Shown in pieces: positions 28,424 to 37,416 of a stretch of DNA of 64,000 nucleotides. The stretch is from positions 1,216,001 through 1,280,000 of the forward strand of contig CAXXJV010000001.1 in NCBI GenBank assembly GCA_963663475.2. The letters run 5' to 3'. The notes beneath the pieces were generated by a model. The model ran no database searches and was not told where the DNA came from. It saw only the letters and a list, made by a program, of their open reading frames with translations. How positions within the stretch are numbered: the stretch's first letter is position 1; each line of letters opens with the position of its first letter. Origin of the DNA: Candidatus Cloacimonadales bacterium (GTDB lineage: Bacteria > Cloacimonadota > Cloacimonadia > Cloacimonadales > JAFGVF01). The position numbers were made by a program, and so were the translations under genes.

Positions 28424-30307
28424 ATGTTGGAATTTATCCTTAAGGAGAAGGCCTTGTTAAAAGATATAGATAAAATAGAAAAGATAAAAAAGTTGAAGAT
28501 TGAAGAACTAGAGTCTTTAGCAGAAGAAGTAAGACAAAGAATTATTGAAGTTACTTCTAAGAATGGGGGACATGTAGCCCCTAGTCTAGGAGCTACAGAT
28601 TTGGCAATTGCTCTTTTGAAAGTATTCACTCCACCTGAAGATGCTATTGTTTGGGATGTAGGGCATCAAGCTTACGCCTATAAAATCCTAACAGGTAGGA
28701 ATAAAGATTTTGATACACTTAGGCAGTATCAGGGGATAAGTGGCTTTAATAATATCTTTGAAAGTGATTATGATGCTTTTGGAGTAGGCCATAGTTCTAC
28801 TTCCATTTCTGCAGCACTAGGAATAGCCTGTGCAAAGCAGATTACGCAGGAATCAGGGCATAGTATTGCCATAATAGGTGATGGAGCTTTAACTGGAGGT
28901 ATGTCTTTTGAAGCTCTAAATCATGCTGGTCACGTAGCTAAAGATAAGATGCTAGTAATTCTTAATGACAATAATATGTCTATATCCAAGAATGTAGGAG
29001 CCTTACAAAAGTATCTCACAAACATGTTAGTTAGTAGATCTTATAATGCACTTAAAAAACAAGTTTGGGATTTTTCTTCCACACTTCCTAGGGCTATTAG
29101 GACAAGATTCATTAGGGGTGCTCAGAAAATGGAAGAGAGTATGATGAATATCTTAGTCCCTAATATCATCTTTGAAGATTTAGGATTTAAGTATGTTGGT
29201 CCTGTGGATGGACATAACATTCCTCGCTTGATAAGAGTTCTTAATAAGGTTAAATACAACATGGTTGGGCCAGTTTTACTTCATGTAGTTACTAAAAAAG
29301 GAAAAGGTTTTTCAATAGCTGAGAATAACTCAAGTAAATTTCATGGTCTTGGACCTTATAATGCAACTTCAGGAGAAACTCAGAGTAAGAAGACAAAGAA
29401 TTGGTCAACTAGCTTTGGTGAAAAACTAATGTCTTTAGCTGAAACTAATAAGAAACTTGTAGCTATTACAGCTGCAATGTGTGATGGTACAGGCTTAACA
29501 AAATTTGAAAAGAAATTCCCTAGTAGATTTTTCGATGTAGGAATTGCTGAACAACATGCAGTTACATTTGCAGGTGGTTTGGCAACTAAGGGAATAAAAG
29601 CATTTGTTGCTATCTATTCTACCTTTATTCAACGAGCCTATGACCAGATTATTCATGATATTGCCCTGCAAAAACTTCCAGTAGTAATCTGTTTAGATAG
29701 GGCAGGACTAGTAGGAGAAGATGGTGCTACTCATCATGGAGCTTTTGATATATCCTTCTTATTACCAATTCCAAACTTGATAATCCTTGCTCCTGCTTAT
29801 GAAAAAGAATTCCATGAAATGCTTACTTTTGCTTCTAACTACCAAGATGGACCTATTATAATTCGTTACCCTAGAGGTAATATTAATGGAGAAGATAATA
29901 ATCATATTCCTTTCCAAGTAGGTAAATTCTCATTGCTAGAAACTGGTAGTAAAATAGCAATTTTAGTAGTAGGACATGCCTTAGAAATGGCTTACCAAGT
30001 TAGAGATAAACTCCAAGATCAAGCTGAGATTAGTCCTGAAATAATTAATATAAGAAGTGTTAAACCACTTGATTATGATTATCTAGATAGCCTTAAAGAT
30101 AAGTTTGACTTAATAGTTACCATAGAGCATAACAGTCTCACTAATGGGGTCGGTCAGCTAATTAAGAATTATCTTATATCTCAACCTCTTCTTAATATAG
30201 GTTACCCTGATAGCTTTATAACTCATGGGAATGTAAATAAATTATATGAAGAAATTGGATTCACAGCCCAAGCAATAACAGAAAAAATATTAAAGGAAAT
30301 AAAATGA
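28424..30307 (+). CDS. dxs: 1-deoxy-D-xylulose-5-phosphate synthase
   Basis: GGH.APSLG, WDVGHQAY, GHSSTSIS, GDGALTGG, DVGIAEQHAV, DGATHHG; true start may be TTG 28454 after AAGGAG. Confidence 0.97.
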   Translation: MLEFILKEKALLKDIDKIEKIKKLKIEELESLAEEVRQRIIEVTSKNGGHVAPSLGATDLAIALLKVFTPPEDAIVWDVGHQAYAYKILTGRNKDFDTLRQYQGISGFNNIFESDYDAFGVGHSSTSISAALGIACAKQITQESGHSIAIIGDGALTGGMSFEALNHAGHVAKDKMLVILNDNNMSISKNVGALQKYLTNMLVSRSYNALKKQVWDFSSTLPRAIRTRFIRGAQKMEESMMNILVPNIIFEDLGFKYVGPVDGHNIPRLIRVLNKVKYNMVGPVLLHVVTKKGKGFSIAENNSSKFHGLGPYNATSGETQSKKTKNWSTSFGEKLMSLAETNKKLVAITAAMCDGTGLTKFEKKFPSRFFDVGIAEQHAVTFAGGLATKGIKAFVAIYSTFIQRAYDQIIHDIALQKLPVVICLDRAGLVGEDGATHHGAFDISFLLPIPNLIILAPAYEKEFHEMLTFASNYQDGPIIIRYPRGNINGEDNNHIPFQVGKFSLLETGSKIAILVVGHALEMAYQVRDKLQDQAEISPEIINIRSVKPLDYDYLDSLKDKFDLIVTIEHNSLTNGVGQLIKNYLISQPLLNIGYPDSFITHGNVNKLYEEIGFTAQAITEKILKEIK

Positions 30308-30600
30308 AACTTACAGGTAAACAAAAAGCATATTTAAAAAAACTTATTCATGATACTAAACCGGTTGTTATGATTGGTGGAAATGGAGTATCTGAGCAAG
30401 TTATCAGAACAATAAATGAAGAATTAGAAATGAAAGAACTTATTAAAATTAAGTTTGTTGAGTTTAAAGAACAAAAAAAGGAACTATTCCCGCAAATTGC
30501 TGAGAAAGTTCAAGCACTAGCTATTGATTTGATAGGAAATATGGGGATTCTTTATCGCCAAAATACTGATCCAGAAAAACAGAAGATTAAGATTCCCTAG
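30304..30600 (+). CDS. yhbY: YhbY/CRM RNA-binding protein
   Basis: LTGKQKAYLK...H..KPVV.IG..G, ELIKIK, IG...ILYR. Confidence 0.9.
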   Translation: MKLTGKQKAYLKKLIHDTKPVVMIGGNGVSEQVIRTINEELEMKELIKIKFVEFKEQKKELFPQIAEKVQALAIDLIGNMGILYRQNTDPEKQKIKIP

Positions 30601-30606
30601 ATAAAA

Positions 30607-31953
30607 ATGTACCATACAGATACTATTACAGCCTTAGCAAGTCCAGTTGGGTCTGGAGCCCTTCATATTATCAGAGTAAGCGGAGACCAGGCTATAGAAG
30701 AAGTAGCAAAGATCTTTAAACCACAAGAAAAGCTACTTCAGGCCAAATCACACTCCCTAGTCTATGGCAAAATTATCTCAGATAATCAACTCTTAGATGA
30801 GGTTCTTTGCTCTGTTTTTCGTGCACCTAATAGCTTTACTGGCGAAAACTCAGTTGAAATAACCTGCCATGGTTCTATGTTTGTTGCTAATTCAATCCTA
30901 GCAGCCTTGCAAAAATCTATCAGACTAGCTAAAGCTGGCGAGTTTACTCTCAGAGCTTTTCTAAATAATAGGATAGATTTAACCCAAGCTGAAGCTGTTA
31001 ATGATATGATTCAAGCTAAAACAAAGAAAGCCCAAGCTTTAGCTATAAATCAACTTGATGGATCACTCTATAAAAGAATGTCTCTTCTCCTTGATGAATT
31101 ATCTAATTATAGAATTCAACTAGAATTAGAAATCGACTTCCTTGATGATGATCTTCCAGATATTGATCTTGACCTACTCAAAGAAAACCTGCTAAAACTT
31201 AAAGGAAAACTAGAAAACTTGGTTACTTCTGGTAAACAAGGAAGGATAATCAGAGAAGGACTTAAAGTTAGCTTAATAGGTAAACCAAATGTAGGCAAAT
31301 CTTCGATTTTTAATAAATTACTTGAAACTGAAAGAGCAATTGTAACACCTATTCCTGGTACTACTAGAGACTACTTGGAAGAAGTAATTGCCCTTGATGG
31401 CTACCTAATAAGAATCTATGATACTGCTGGAATTAGAGAAACTTCTGATACTATTGAAAAACTGGGAATTGATCGGTCTCGAGGAATTATTCAAGAAAGT
31501 GATATTATTCTCTATATTACCGATGGCAACCATAATCAAGATGATTATCAAGACTTCGTGGCTGGTTTAGATCCCAATAAAATTATCAAGATTCTCAATA
31601 AAACAGATATCCTGGATAAAGAACTTATAGCTAATTTCCCAGACTACCTTAAATGCCATTCTTCTAATGAAATAGGTATTAAACCACTTAAAGATAAACT
31701 CCTTTCCTATATCCAAATGTCTGACCAAGAACTAGAGTCTGGACTTCTAACTAATGGACGACAGATAGCAGCAGTGGAAAAAGCTATTCTTTCACTAAAG
31801 CAAGCTATTGCCTCTCTGGAAAACTTCATGGGCTATGAATTCACTGCCTTTGACCTAAAAGAAGCTTCTGCTTTCCTAGAAGACGTGATTGGTAAAATTA
31901 CTGACGATGATTTACTCAACTCTATTTTTGATAACTTCTGCATTGGTAAGTGA
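30607..31953 (+). CDS. mnmE: tRNA modification GTPase MnmE (TrmE)
   Basis: [46 protein letters not shown]-terminal FCIGK. Confidence 0.98.
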   Translation: MYHTDTITALASPVGSGALHIIRVSGDQAIEEVAKIFKPQEKLLQAKSHSLVYGKIISDNQLLDEVLCSVFRAPNSFTGENSVEITCHGSMFVANSILAALQKSIRLAKAGEFTLRAFLNNRIDLTQAEAVNDMIQAKTKKAQALAINQLDGSLYKRMSLLLDELSNYRIQLELEIDFLDDDLPDIDLDLLKENLLKLKGKLENLVTSGKQGRIIREGLKVSLIGKPNVGKSSIFNKLLETERAIVTPIPGTTRDYLEEVIALDGYLIRIYDTAGIRETSDTIEKLGIDRSRGIIQESDIILYITDGNHNQDDYQDFVAGLDPNKIIKILNKTDILDKELIANFPDYLKCHSSNEIGIKPLKDKLLSYIQMSDQELESGLLTNGRQIAAVEKAILSLKQAIASLENFMGYEFTAFDLKEASAFLEDVIGKITDDDLLNSIFDNFCIGK

Positions 31954-32096
31954 TTATTTAACCCAGATAGTGTAGTAGAGCTTTAGTGAAGAGTGCAGAT
32001 TATTCTAGCAAAAGATAATCAAACTAATGATAAATTTTTATATTTTACTAATTTTCTTCCACCAGACTTGAACTTGAGCCAGAAAGAATAGCCAGC

Positions 32097-32600
32097 TTAA
32101 GGAGGAAAATCTCCCAATCTATTAAAAATATTGATATCATTATAGCTATTTTTGAATAAACCTTGGTTAGGTCTCTGAAAACATTTGTGCAAGCTGGCTA
32201 AAAAATCTATATCCTTGGTAGTCTTCTCATTAGATTTTCTCTTAGGCTGGCTTGTGCTTGAATGTTTGTAGTCATTTTTCGCATTTCTTTTTTCTATAAT
32301 TGCAAGACGGCTAGTCTCTCTATAATATTCTCGGATAAATTGAATCCAATCAGATTTAGTATTTCCTTCTCTTTTTTTTCTTTGTTTTAGAGCTTGTCTT
32401 TGGGCATTGTTAAGCTTTCTATAAGCTATTTTTAGTTCTTGCATTATATTCCCAAACTTATGATGATTTTTCCCTATCTTAGGAGAATTTTTTTTACGGA
32501 GGCCATAGGCTGGTTGCTTAGAATATTTTACAATAGAATAGCCATCTCTTCTAGCTTTAGCTTTTAATCCGTGGGGTAATTTAAATCCTAAAACAACCAT
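32097..32600 (-). CDS. Hypothetical highly basic protein
   Basis: 167-aa Lys/Arg-rich ORF with strong AAGGAGG RBS; no family recognised. Confidence 0.6.
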   Translation of the reverse strand: MVVLGFKLPHGLKAKARRDGYSIVKYSKQPAYGLRKKNSPKIGKNHHKFGNIMQELKIAYRKLNNAQRQALKQRKKREGNTKSDWIQFIREYYRETSRLAIIEKRNAKNDYKHSSTSQPKRKSNEKTTKDIDFLASLHKCFQRPNQGLFKNSYNDINIFNRLGDFPP

Positions 32601-32742
32601 TGCTTTATCCTCCTTTTCTTAGATTTTGTAGAAATATTTACAAGCTCTCATAATACTTAAGAGTCCATTTTTCCCAAAATGGTCCTTTTTTTGAAAAAAA
32701 TTTTAAAATTGTCTAAATATACTAGAGGATACCTATTTCATT

Positions 32743-32791
32743 CTTTACACTCTTTCGATGAAAGTGGGGTTTTCATCGAAAGAGTGTAAAG
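32743..32791. promoter_or_regulatory. Perfect 21-bp inverted repeat with 7-nt loop
   Basis: CTTTACACTCTTTCGATGAAA-gtggggt-TTTCATCGAAAGAGTGTAAAG; no clear poly-U tail; function unknown. Confidence 0.6.
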
Positions 32792-32945
32792 GAAGGATAA
32801 GGAATGGTATAAGCATTTTAATCAGAAAAAGAGACAAATATTGTCTGTTTTGAATTGGTTCTCGTTCAAGTCTGGTGGTAAATAAGAGACTTTCATTATA
32901 GCATATTGCTTGAATAATAGAAATTTACAAGTAAGATTATATGAA

Positions 32946-33028
32946 GAGTGACGGGAGTTGCTCACGGAGTAGCGACTTCCGACACCTTCACCCGAAGTCC
33001 CTTGCCTACGGCTGAGGAACTCCGGTCT
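32946..33028. repeat. 85-bp GC-rich double-hairpin dispersed repeat, copy 2
   Basis: Matches 26354-26438 except in the short linker. Confidence 0.85.
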
Positions 33029-33074
33029 CCAACAAAAAGCAGGCTCAAGTCAAGTCAGAGATAAGTCTTAAATT

Positions 33075-33171
33075 CCCAAAGGGGATAAATAGTTTAGCCC
33101 GGGGTAAATTCCTGAAGGGAATGCAAGCCCGGGTTATGAATTATATAAAAAGCATAACCCTGTAAGGGTTT
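33075..33171 (+). repeat. REP-like CCCTGTAAGGG / AGCCCGGG element
   Basis: Same family as 25873-25972. Confidence 0.8.
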
Positions 33172-33255
33172 GATAAAAAAAATATATATATTAAAAAATT
33201 TATATTGACAACTTTAAAGTGCAAACCAAAATTTGGAAAATCAGAGGAGGTTCTG

Positions 33256-33909
33256 ATGAAGTATGTCATTTTGAAGTTTAATGATGTAAAGTTAGATGTT
33301 AGGGATATAGCCAAGGTTAGGGGTTATTTTGCTAAGAATTTTTCAGATAATACGCTATTACATAACCATCTTCCTAAGGGGAAGTATAGCTACAAATTCC
33401 CTAAAATTCAATACCGTTTATTTGATGGTAACCCTGCTCTTGTAGCAATGGAAGAAGGAATTGAAGTGCTTAAGGAAGTATTTTTTCTTTCAGATGAGAT
33501 GACGATTGGTAATCGTGTATTCCAACTCAATGAGAAGGAAATAATTTCCTTTGATGTAGAATTACGTCAACAAAAAGACCCAGTCTATTACAAGTTTGTT
33601 TCACCCTACATGGCTTTAAATCAAGAGAATTACAAAAGATATCAAAGAGCAGACTTTTATGATAAAGCTGAAATATTAGCTGAAATTATTAAAAATAACT
33701 TAAAGACTATCTCTAAAGGCTTTTCTTATGAAATACCAGATTTTGATAGTATTAAAATTCAAGCTAATCTCAAACCTAAATTAGTGAATTTCAAAAATGT
33801 TAAAATGCTTTGCTTTACTGGTGATTTTAAAGCAACATTTCTTATTCCAGATTATTGGGGACTTGGGAAACAGACTGCAAGAGGTTTCGGAGTAGTTAAA
33901 CAAATTTAA
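33256..33909 (+). CDS. cas6: CRISPR-associated endoribonuclease Cas6 (Cas6b-like)
   Basis: RG.F..LHNH..Y..P.IQY N-terminus; C-terminal G-loop GLGKQTARGFG; ATG 33256 with GAGGAGG RBS (the TTG at 33205 is part of a TTGACA -35 box). Confidence 0.92.
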   Translation: MKYVILKFNDVKLDVRDIAKVRGYFAKNFSDNTLLHNHLPKGKYSYKFPKIQYRLFDGNPALVAMEEGIEVLKEVFFLSDEMTIGNRVFQLNEKEIISFDVELRQQKDPVYYKFVSPYMALNQENYKRYQRADFYDKAEILAEIIKNNLKTISKGFSYEIPDFDSIKIQANLKPKLVNFKNVKMLCFTGDFKATFLIPDYWGLGKQTARGFGVVKQI

Positions 33910-33930
33910 CAAATTAATGTAGGAGGTTCT

Positions 33931-35805
33931 ATGATAAATAAGATGTTTTCTATGATGAAGTATATTTCAGAAGAGAATCTATCTAAATATGTTGAGACAG
34001 ATCCATATGGCCTAGATTTATCTGATAGAAAAGAAGATGTTATTGTTTTAGATTTTACTGTAGATGATCAAGAAAATATCCAATATTCTGGTTCAACAGT
34101 TGTGCAATATTCTAAAAAAAATAACCTTAGATGGTTTTTTTATGCAGGAGCCCCAGGTACACAAGCACACAAAGTACCTACTCTACTAACGAGTATGTAC
34201 GATGTTATCAAGTGTCCTTGGAAGAAATCAGAGACTAGCTCAGAAAAAATTAAACAGCTTTTTGAAAATGAGGATATTGAGCCTGGAAGTAAGCTAATCA
34301 TGAAATTATTTAACTGCTTTAAAAAGTTAGATTCTTATCCAATCATTCATAATTTAAGTACTTCATTTGAGAACAATTTTCCAAAAATAGCAGAGGATAT
34401 TTTAAGTAAAGTAGAAGATAATCTCAAAGATAGCTTTGTTTTAACTATTAGAATGAATAATCAATTTATTGGAGAATCAAGTTATTTTACTGATATTTTG
34501 GCGAGTTGGAGGAAAGATCGCTATGAAAAATATTATGTAAAAAGTAAGTTAATTGGTAAAAATCAAACATGTTCGGTTTGTAAGATATCGAAACCTGAAG
34601 TCTGGGGATTTGTTAGTACTTTCAATTTTTATGCTGCAAAAACTGAACTAGCTCCTTTAGCTGGAGGTTTTGATAAAAATCGAAGTTTTAAAAACTATCC
34701 AGTATGCCCAGAATGCGCAAAAAAGTTGGATGAGGCAAAATACCTGTTAACAAACCATATGAGTTATAAGTTTTGTGGATTTAATTATTTTCTCATACCC
34801 GAATTTCTGCTAGATAAAGATAAAAACTATGAGGTAATGGAATATTTTTATGATGAATCTAAAATTGGTCAGTTCGAATTGAAATATGGGAGGAATCACA
34901 TTGTTTCAAATGACAAAGAAGAAATATTAGATATTGTTGCTAAATCTGATAATACTCTGAACTATTCATTAGTTTTCTACTATAAAGATAAAGAGAAATT
35001 TTCGATTCTCTTAAATATAGATGGAGTATTTCCTTCTCAGTTCCAAGAAATATTTGAAGCTAAAAGGAAAGCAGATTCTTTCGAAATTTTTCATAACCTG
35101 AAAGGTCTTTATGAAAGAAATCAAGAGGCCGATTTAAAATTTATGTTTGAGAATCTCAAAGTATTTGTGCCAATAAAAAGTAGAATCTATGGAGACTATA
35201 GTAAGTCGTTTTTAGAATTAGTCGGTAGGATATTTAGACAGAAGCAAATTTCCTATAAGTTCATAATTGAAAGATTTATGTCTATCTTCAGGAGAAAATG
35301 GACTAATGAAGAATATCTTCTTTACGATATAGAAAAAATGATTAATATAATTTATTTCTTACACTATTTGAAATTAATAGATTTAAATAAACAAAATATT
35401 TCGGAGGTAAATATGGATGAGCTATATGGAAAATTTTTAGAAGACCACCAAGAATTTTTAAACAATGATGCAAAAAGAGGGACTTTCTTAATGGGAGTAT
35501 TAACCCAAAAACTCTTAAATATTCAGTATAAAGAGAGAAAGGCAACTCCTTTCAGGAAGCAATTAAATTCGCTAAAGCTATCACCAGCCTACATAAGAAA
35601 GCTATATCCCCAGATAATTGAAAAACTTGAACAATATGATAAAAACTATTATAGAGAACTAGAAACAACTATTTCAGACATATTACTAAGAGCCAAGTTA
35701 GAACAGTTATCTAACGATGAAATTTCATTTTATTTTGTAACAGGCATGACTTTAGAAAAGAAATTCAAAAAAGAGAATGAAGATAAATCACAAGAGGAGG
35801 AATAA
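33931..35805 (+). CDS. cas8b: Type I-B large subunit Cas8b (Csh1/TM1802-like)
   Basis: Position between cas6 and cas7; Zn ribbon CSVC...NYPVCPEC; C-terminal FL.GVL...L..IQ..PF...L and FYFV.G. Confidence 0.88.
   Translation: MINKMFSMMKYISEENLSKYVETDPYGLDLSDRKEDVIVLDFTVDDQENIQYSGSTVVQYSKKNNLRWFFYAGAPGTQAHKVPTLLTSMYDVIKCPWKKSETSSEKIKQLFENEDIEPGSKLIMKLFNCFKKLDSYPIIHNLSTSFENNFPKIAEDILSKVEDNLKDSFVLTIRMNNQFIGESSYFTDILASWRKDRYEKYYVKSKLIGKNQTCSVCKISKPEVWGFVSTFNFYAAKTELAPLAGGFDKNRSFKNYPVCPECAKKLDEAKYLLTNHMSYKFCGFNYFLIPEFLLDKDKNYEVMEYFYDESKIGQFELKYGRNHIVSNDKEEILDIVAKSDNTLNYSLVFYYKDKEKFSILLNIDGVFPSQFQEIFEAKRKADSFEIFHNLKGLYERNQEADLKFMFENLKVFVPIKSRIYGDYSKSFLELVGRIFRQKQISYKFIIERFMSIFRRKWTNEEYLLYDIEKMINIIYFLHYLKLIDLNKQNISEVNMDELYGKFLEDHQEFLNNDAKRGTFLMGVLTQKLLNIQYKERKATPFRKQLNSLKLSPAYIRKLYPQIIEKLEQYDKNYYRELETTISDILLRAKLEQLSNDEISFYFVTGMTLEKKFKKENEDKSQEEE
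35413..35805 (+). CDS. cas11: Probable internally translated small subunit Cas11 (130 aa, in frame within cas8b)
   Basis: GGAGGT RBS at 35403-35408 before in-frame ATG 35413 (MDELYGKFLEDH...), at the start of the helical C-terminal domain. Confidence 0.72.
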   Translation: MDELYGKFLEDHQEFLNNDAKRGTFLMGVLTQKLLNIQYKERKATPFRKQLNSLKLSPAYIRKLYPQIIEKLEQYDKNYYRELETTISDILLRAKLEQLSNDEISFYFVTGMTLEKKFKKENEDKSQEEE

Positions 35806-35807
35806 TC

Positions 35808-36695
35808 ATGATTAATACCAGAAGAGAGATCTTATTTTTATACGATGTAGTTAATGCGAATCCTAATGGAGATCCTGCAGATGAAAACAAGCCAAGAATA
35901 GACGAGGAATCCAAAAGAAATATAGTCACTGATGTTAGATTAAAAAGAACTGTTAGAGATTATCTAATTGATTATATGGGGCATAATGGTTCGAATGAAC
36001 AAGGGTATGATATTTTTGTAAGAACTACTAAATCAGAAAAGGGTATTAAAACAGGTATTGAGAGAGCAGGAGATTTTCAAAATGATAAAGAAACTATTTT
36101 ACAAAAGTGTATTGATATTAGATTATTTGGTGGTGTTTTACCATTAGATAAATCTTCTATAACCTTTACTGGACCAGTACAGTTCAAAATGGGGCAATCA
36201 CTTCATACTGTTGAAATGAAACTTATCAAAGGAACTGGAGCTTTTGCCTCAAAATCTGGAGCTGCCCAACAAACTTTCCGTGAAGAGTATATCCTGCCTT
36301 ATTCATTAATTGCCTTCTATGGGATAGTCAATGAGAATGCAGCTAAAGAAACTCATTTAACTGATGCTGATGTTGATATATTAAAAGAAGCTATGTGGAA
36401 TGGAACTAAAAATTTAATATCGAGATCAAAAATGGAACACAATCCCCGTTTACTGCTTAATATTGTTTATAAAGAAGCAAATTTCTTCATTGGTGAGCTA
36501 GATAAATATGTTGATTTAGTGAGTGAAAAAAGAGAAGAGCAGTTAAGAGATCCTAATGATTTTGAATTAGATTTTTCCAGACTTTCTCAAAAGATTAATG
36601 AGTTTTCAGATAGAATAGAAAAGATTGAGATAATCAAAGATTCTCGCTTAAAAATAAAAGGTATTGATTTCGAATATACTTCTATAAGCCTTTAA
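35808..36695 (+). CDS. cas7: Type I-B Cas7 (Csh2)
   Basis: R.E.LFLYD...NPNGDP..N.PR.D, VTDVRLKR..RD, D.RLFG, TGPVQF. Confidence 0.95.
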   Translation: MINTRREILFLYDVVNANPNGDPADENKPRIDEESKRNIVTDVRLKRTVRDYLIDYMGHNGSNEQGYDIFVRTTKSEKGIKTGIERAGDFQNDKETILQKCIDIRLFGGVLPLDKSSITFTGPVQFKMGQSLHTVEMKLIKGTGAFASKSGAAQQTFREEYILPYSLIAFYGIVNENAAKETHLTDADVDILKEAMWNGTKNLISRSKMEHNPRLLLNIVYKEANFFIGELDKYVDLVSEKREEQLRDPNDFELDFSRLSQKINEFSDRIEKIEIIKDSRLKIKGIDFEYTSISL

Positions 36696-36705
36696 GAGGT
36701 GAGAT

Positions 36706-37416
36706 ATGAATAAAATATTAGTCTTTGATATATTTGGCGAATATGCTCATTTTAGAAAGTATTTCACTAATATGTCACCAACTACTTTTTTAATACCACC
36801 TAGGACTGTTATTGCTGGTATTATTGGAGCTATAATCGGTTTTAATAAGGATGAAAATCCTGAAAGATTTAAACTTAAAGATAGCTTAATAGCTGTTGGT
36901 TTAAAAAAGGAAGTTAATAAAGTAATTATCCAGATAAATGGAGTTAAGGCAAATTCGTTATCTCAACTTACTATGCCTTTAGGGCAAAAGAGACAGATAA
37001 ATTATGAATTTGTTAAACAACCTCTTTATAGGATTTATTTTAGTCATAATGACCCTTTAGTATATAGCAAAATGAAAGAGATGCTAAGTGAGCATAAATC
37101 TTTTTACTCTATAGCGCTGGGTTCAGCCCAATGCTTAGCAAATTATAAGTATATTGGAGAATTCAATATTACTTCTCTTTCTGATAAGGATTTGCATGAA
37201 ATTCATTCAGCAATTCCCATTTCAGATCTCATAGAAATAGATTTTTCTAGTAACAATAAAGTTCAGAAAAGTACTATGCCTAATGAAATGTTGAATGATA
37301 GAAGTGTAACTAATTACGCAGAGTTTATTTATAGTATTAGTGGGATACCGATTCTTGCTAAAGCAAAAAATATATACTCCATAGATCAATTAGGAGAATC
37401 AATCTGTGCTATGTAG
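36706..37416 (+). CDS. cas5: Type I-B Cas5
   Basis: VFDI.G.YAHFRK..T...PPRT..G..GAI.G; LG. Confidence 0.93.
   Translation: MNKILVFDIFGEYAHFRKYFTNMSPTTFLIPPRTVIAGIIGAIIGFNKDENPERFKLKDSLIAVGLKKEVNKVIIQINGVKANSLSQLTMPLGQKRQINYEFVKQPLYRIYFSHNDPLVYSKMKEMLSEHKSFYSIALGSAQCLANYKYIGEFNITSLSDKDLHEIHSAIPISDLIEIDFSSNNKVQKSTMPNEMLNDRSVTNYAEFIYSISGIPILAKAKNIYSIDQLGESICAM

Noticed and set aside
33205..33255. N-terminal extension of Cas6 from the TTG start
   Set aside because: The TTG is part of a TTGACA -35 box; ATG 33256 has a GAGGAGG RBS
33910..33930. CreTA-like RNA toxin-antitoxin or mini-array between cas6 and cas8b
   Set aside because: The gap is only 21 bp, and no repeat-like pair was found upstream of cas6
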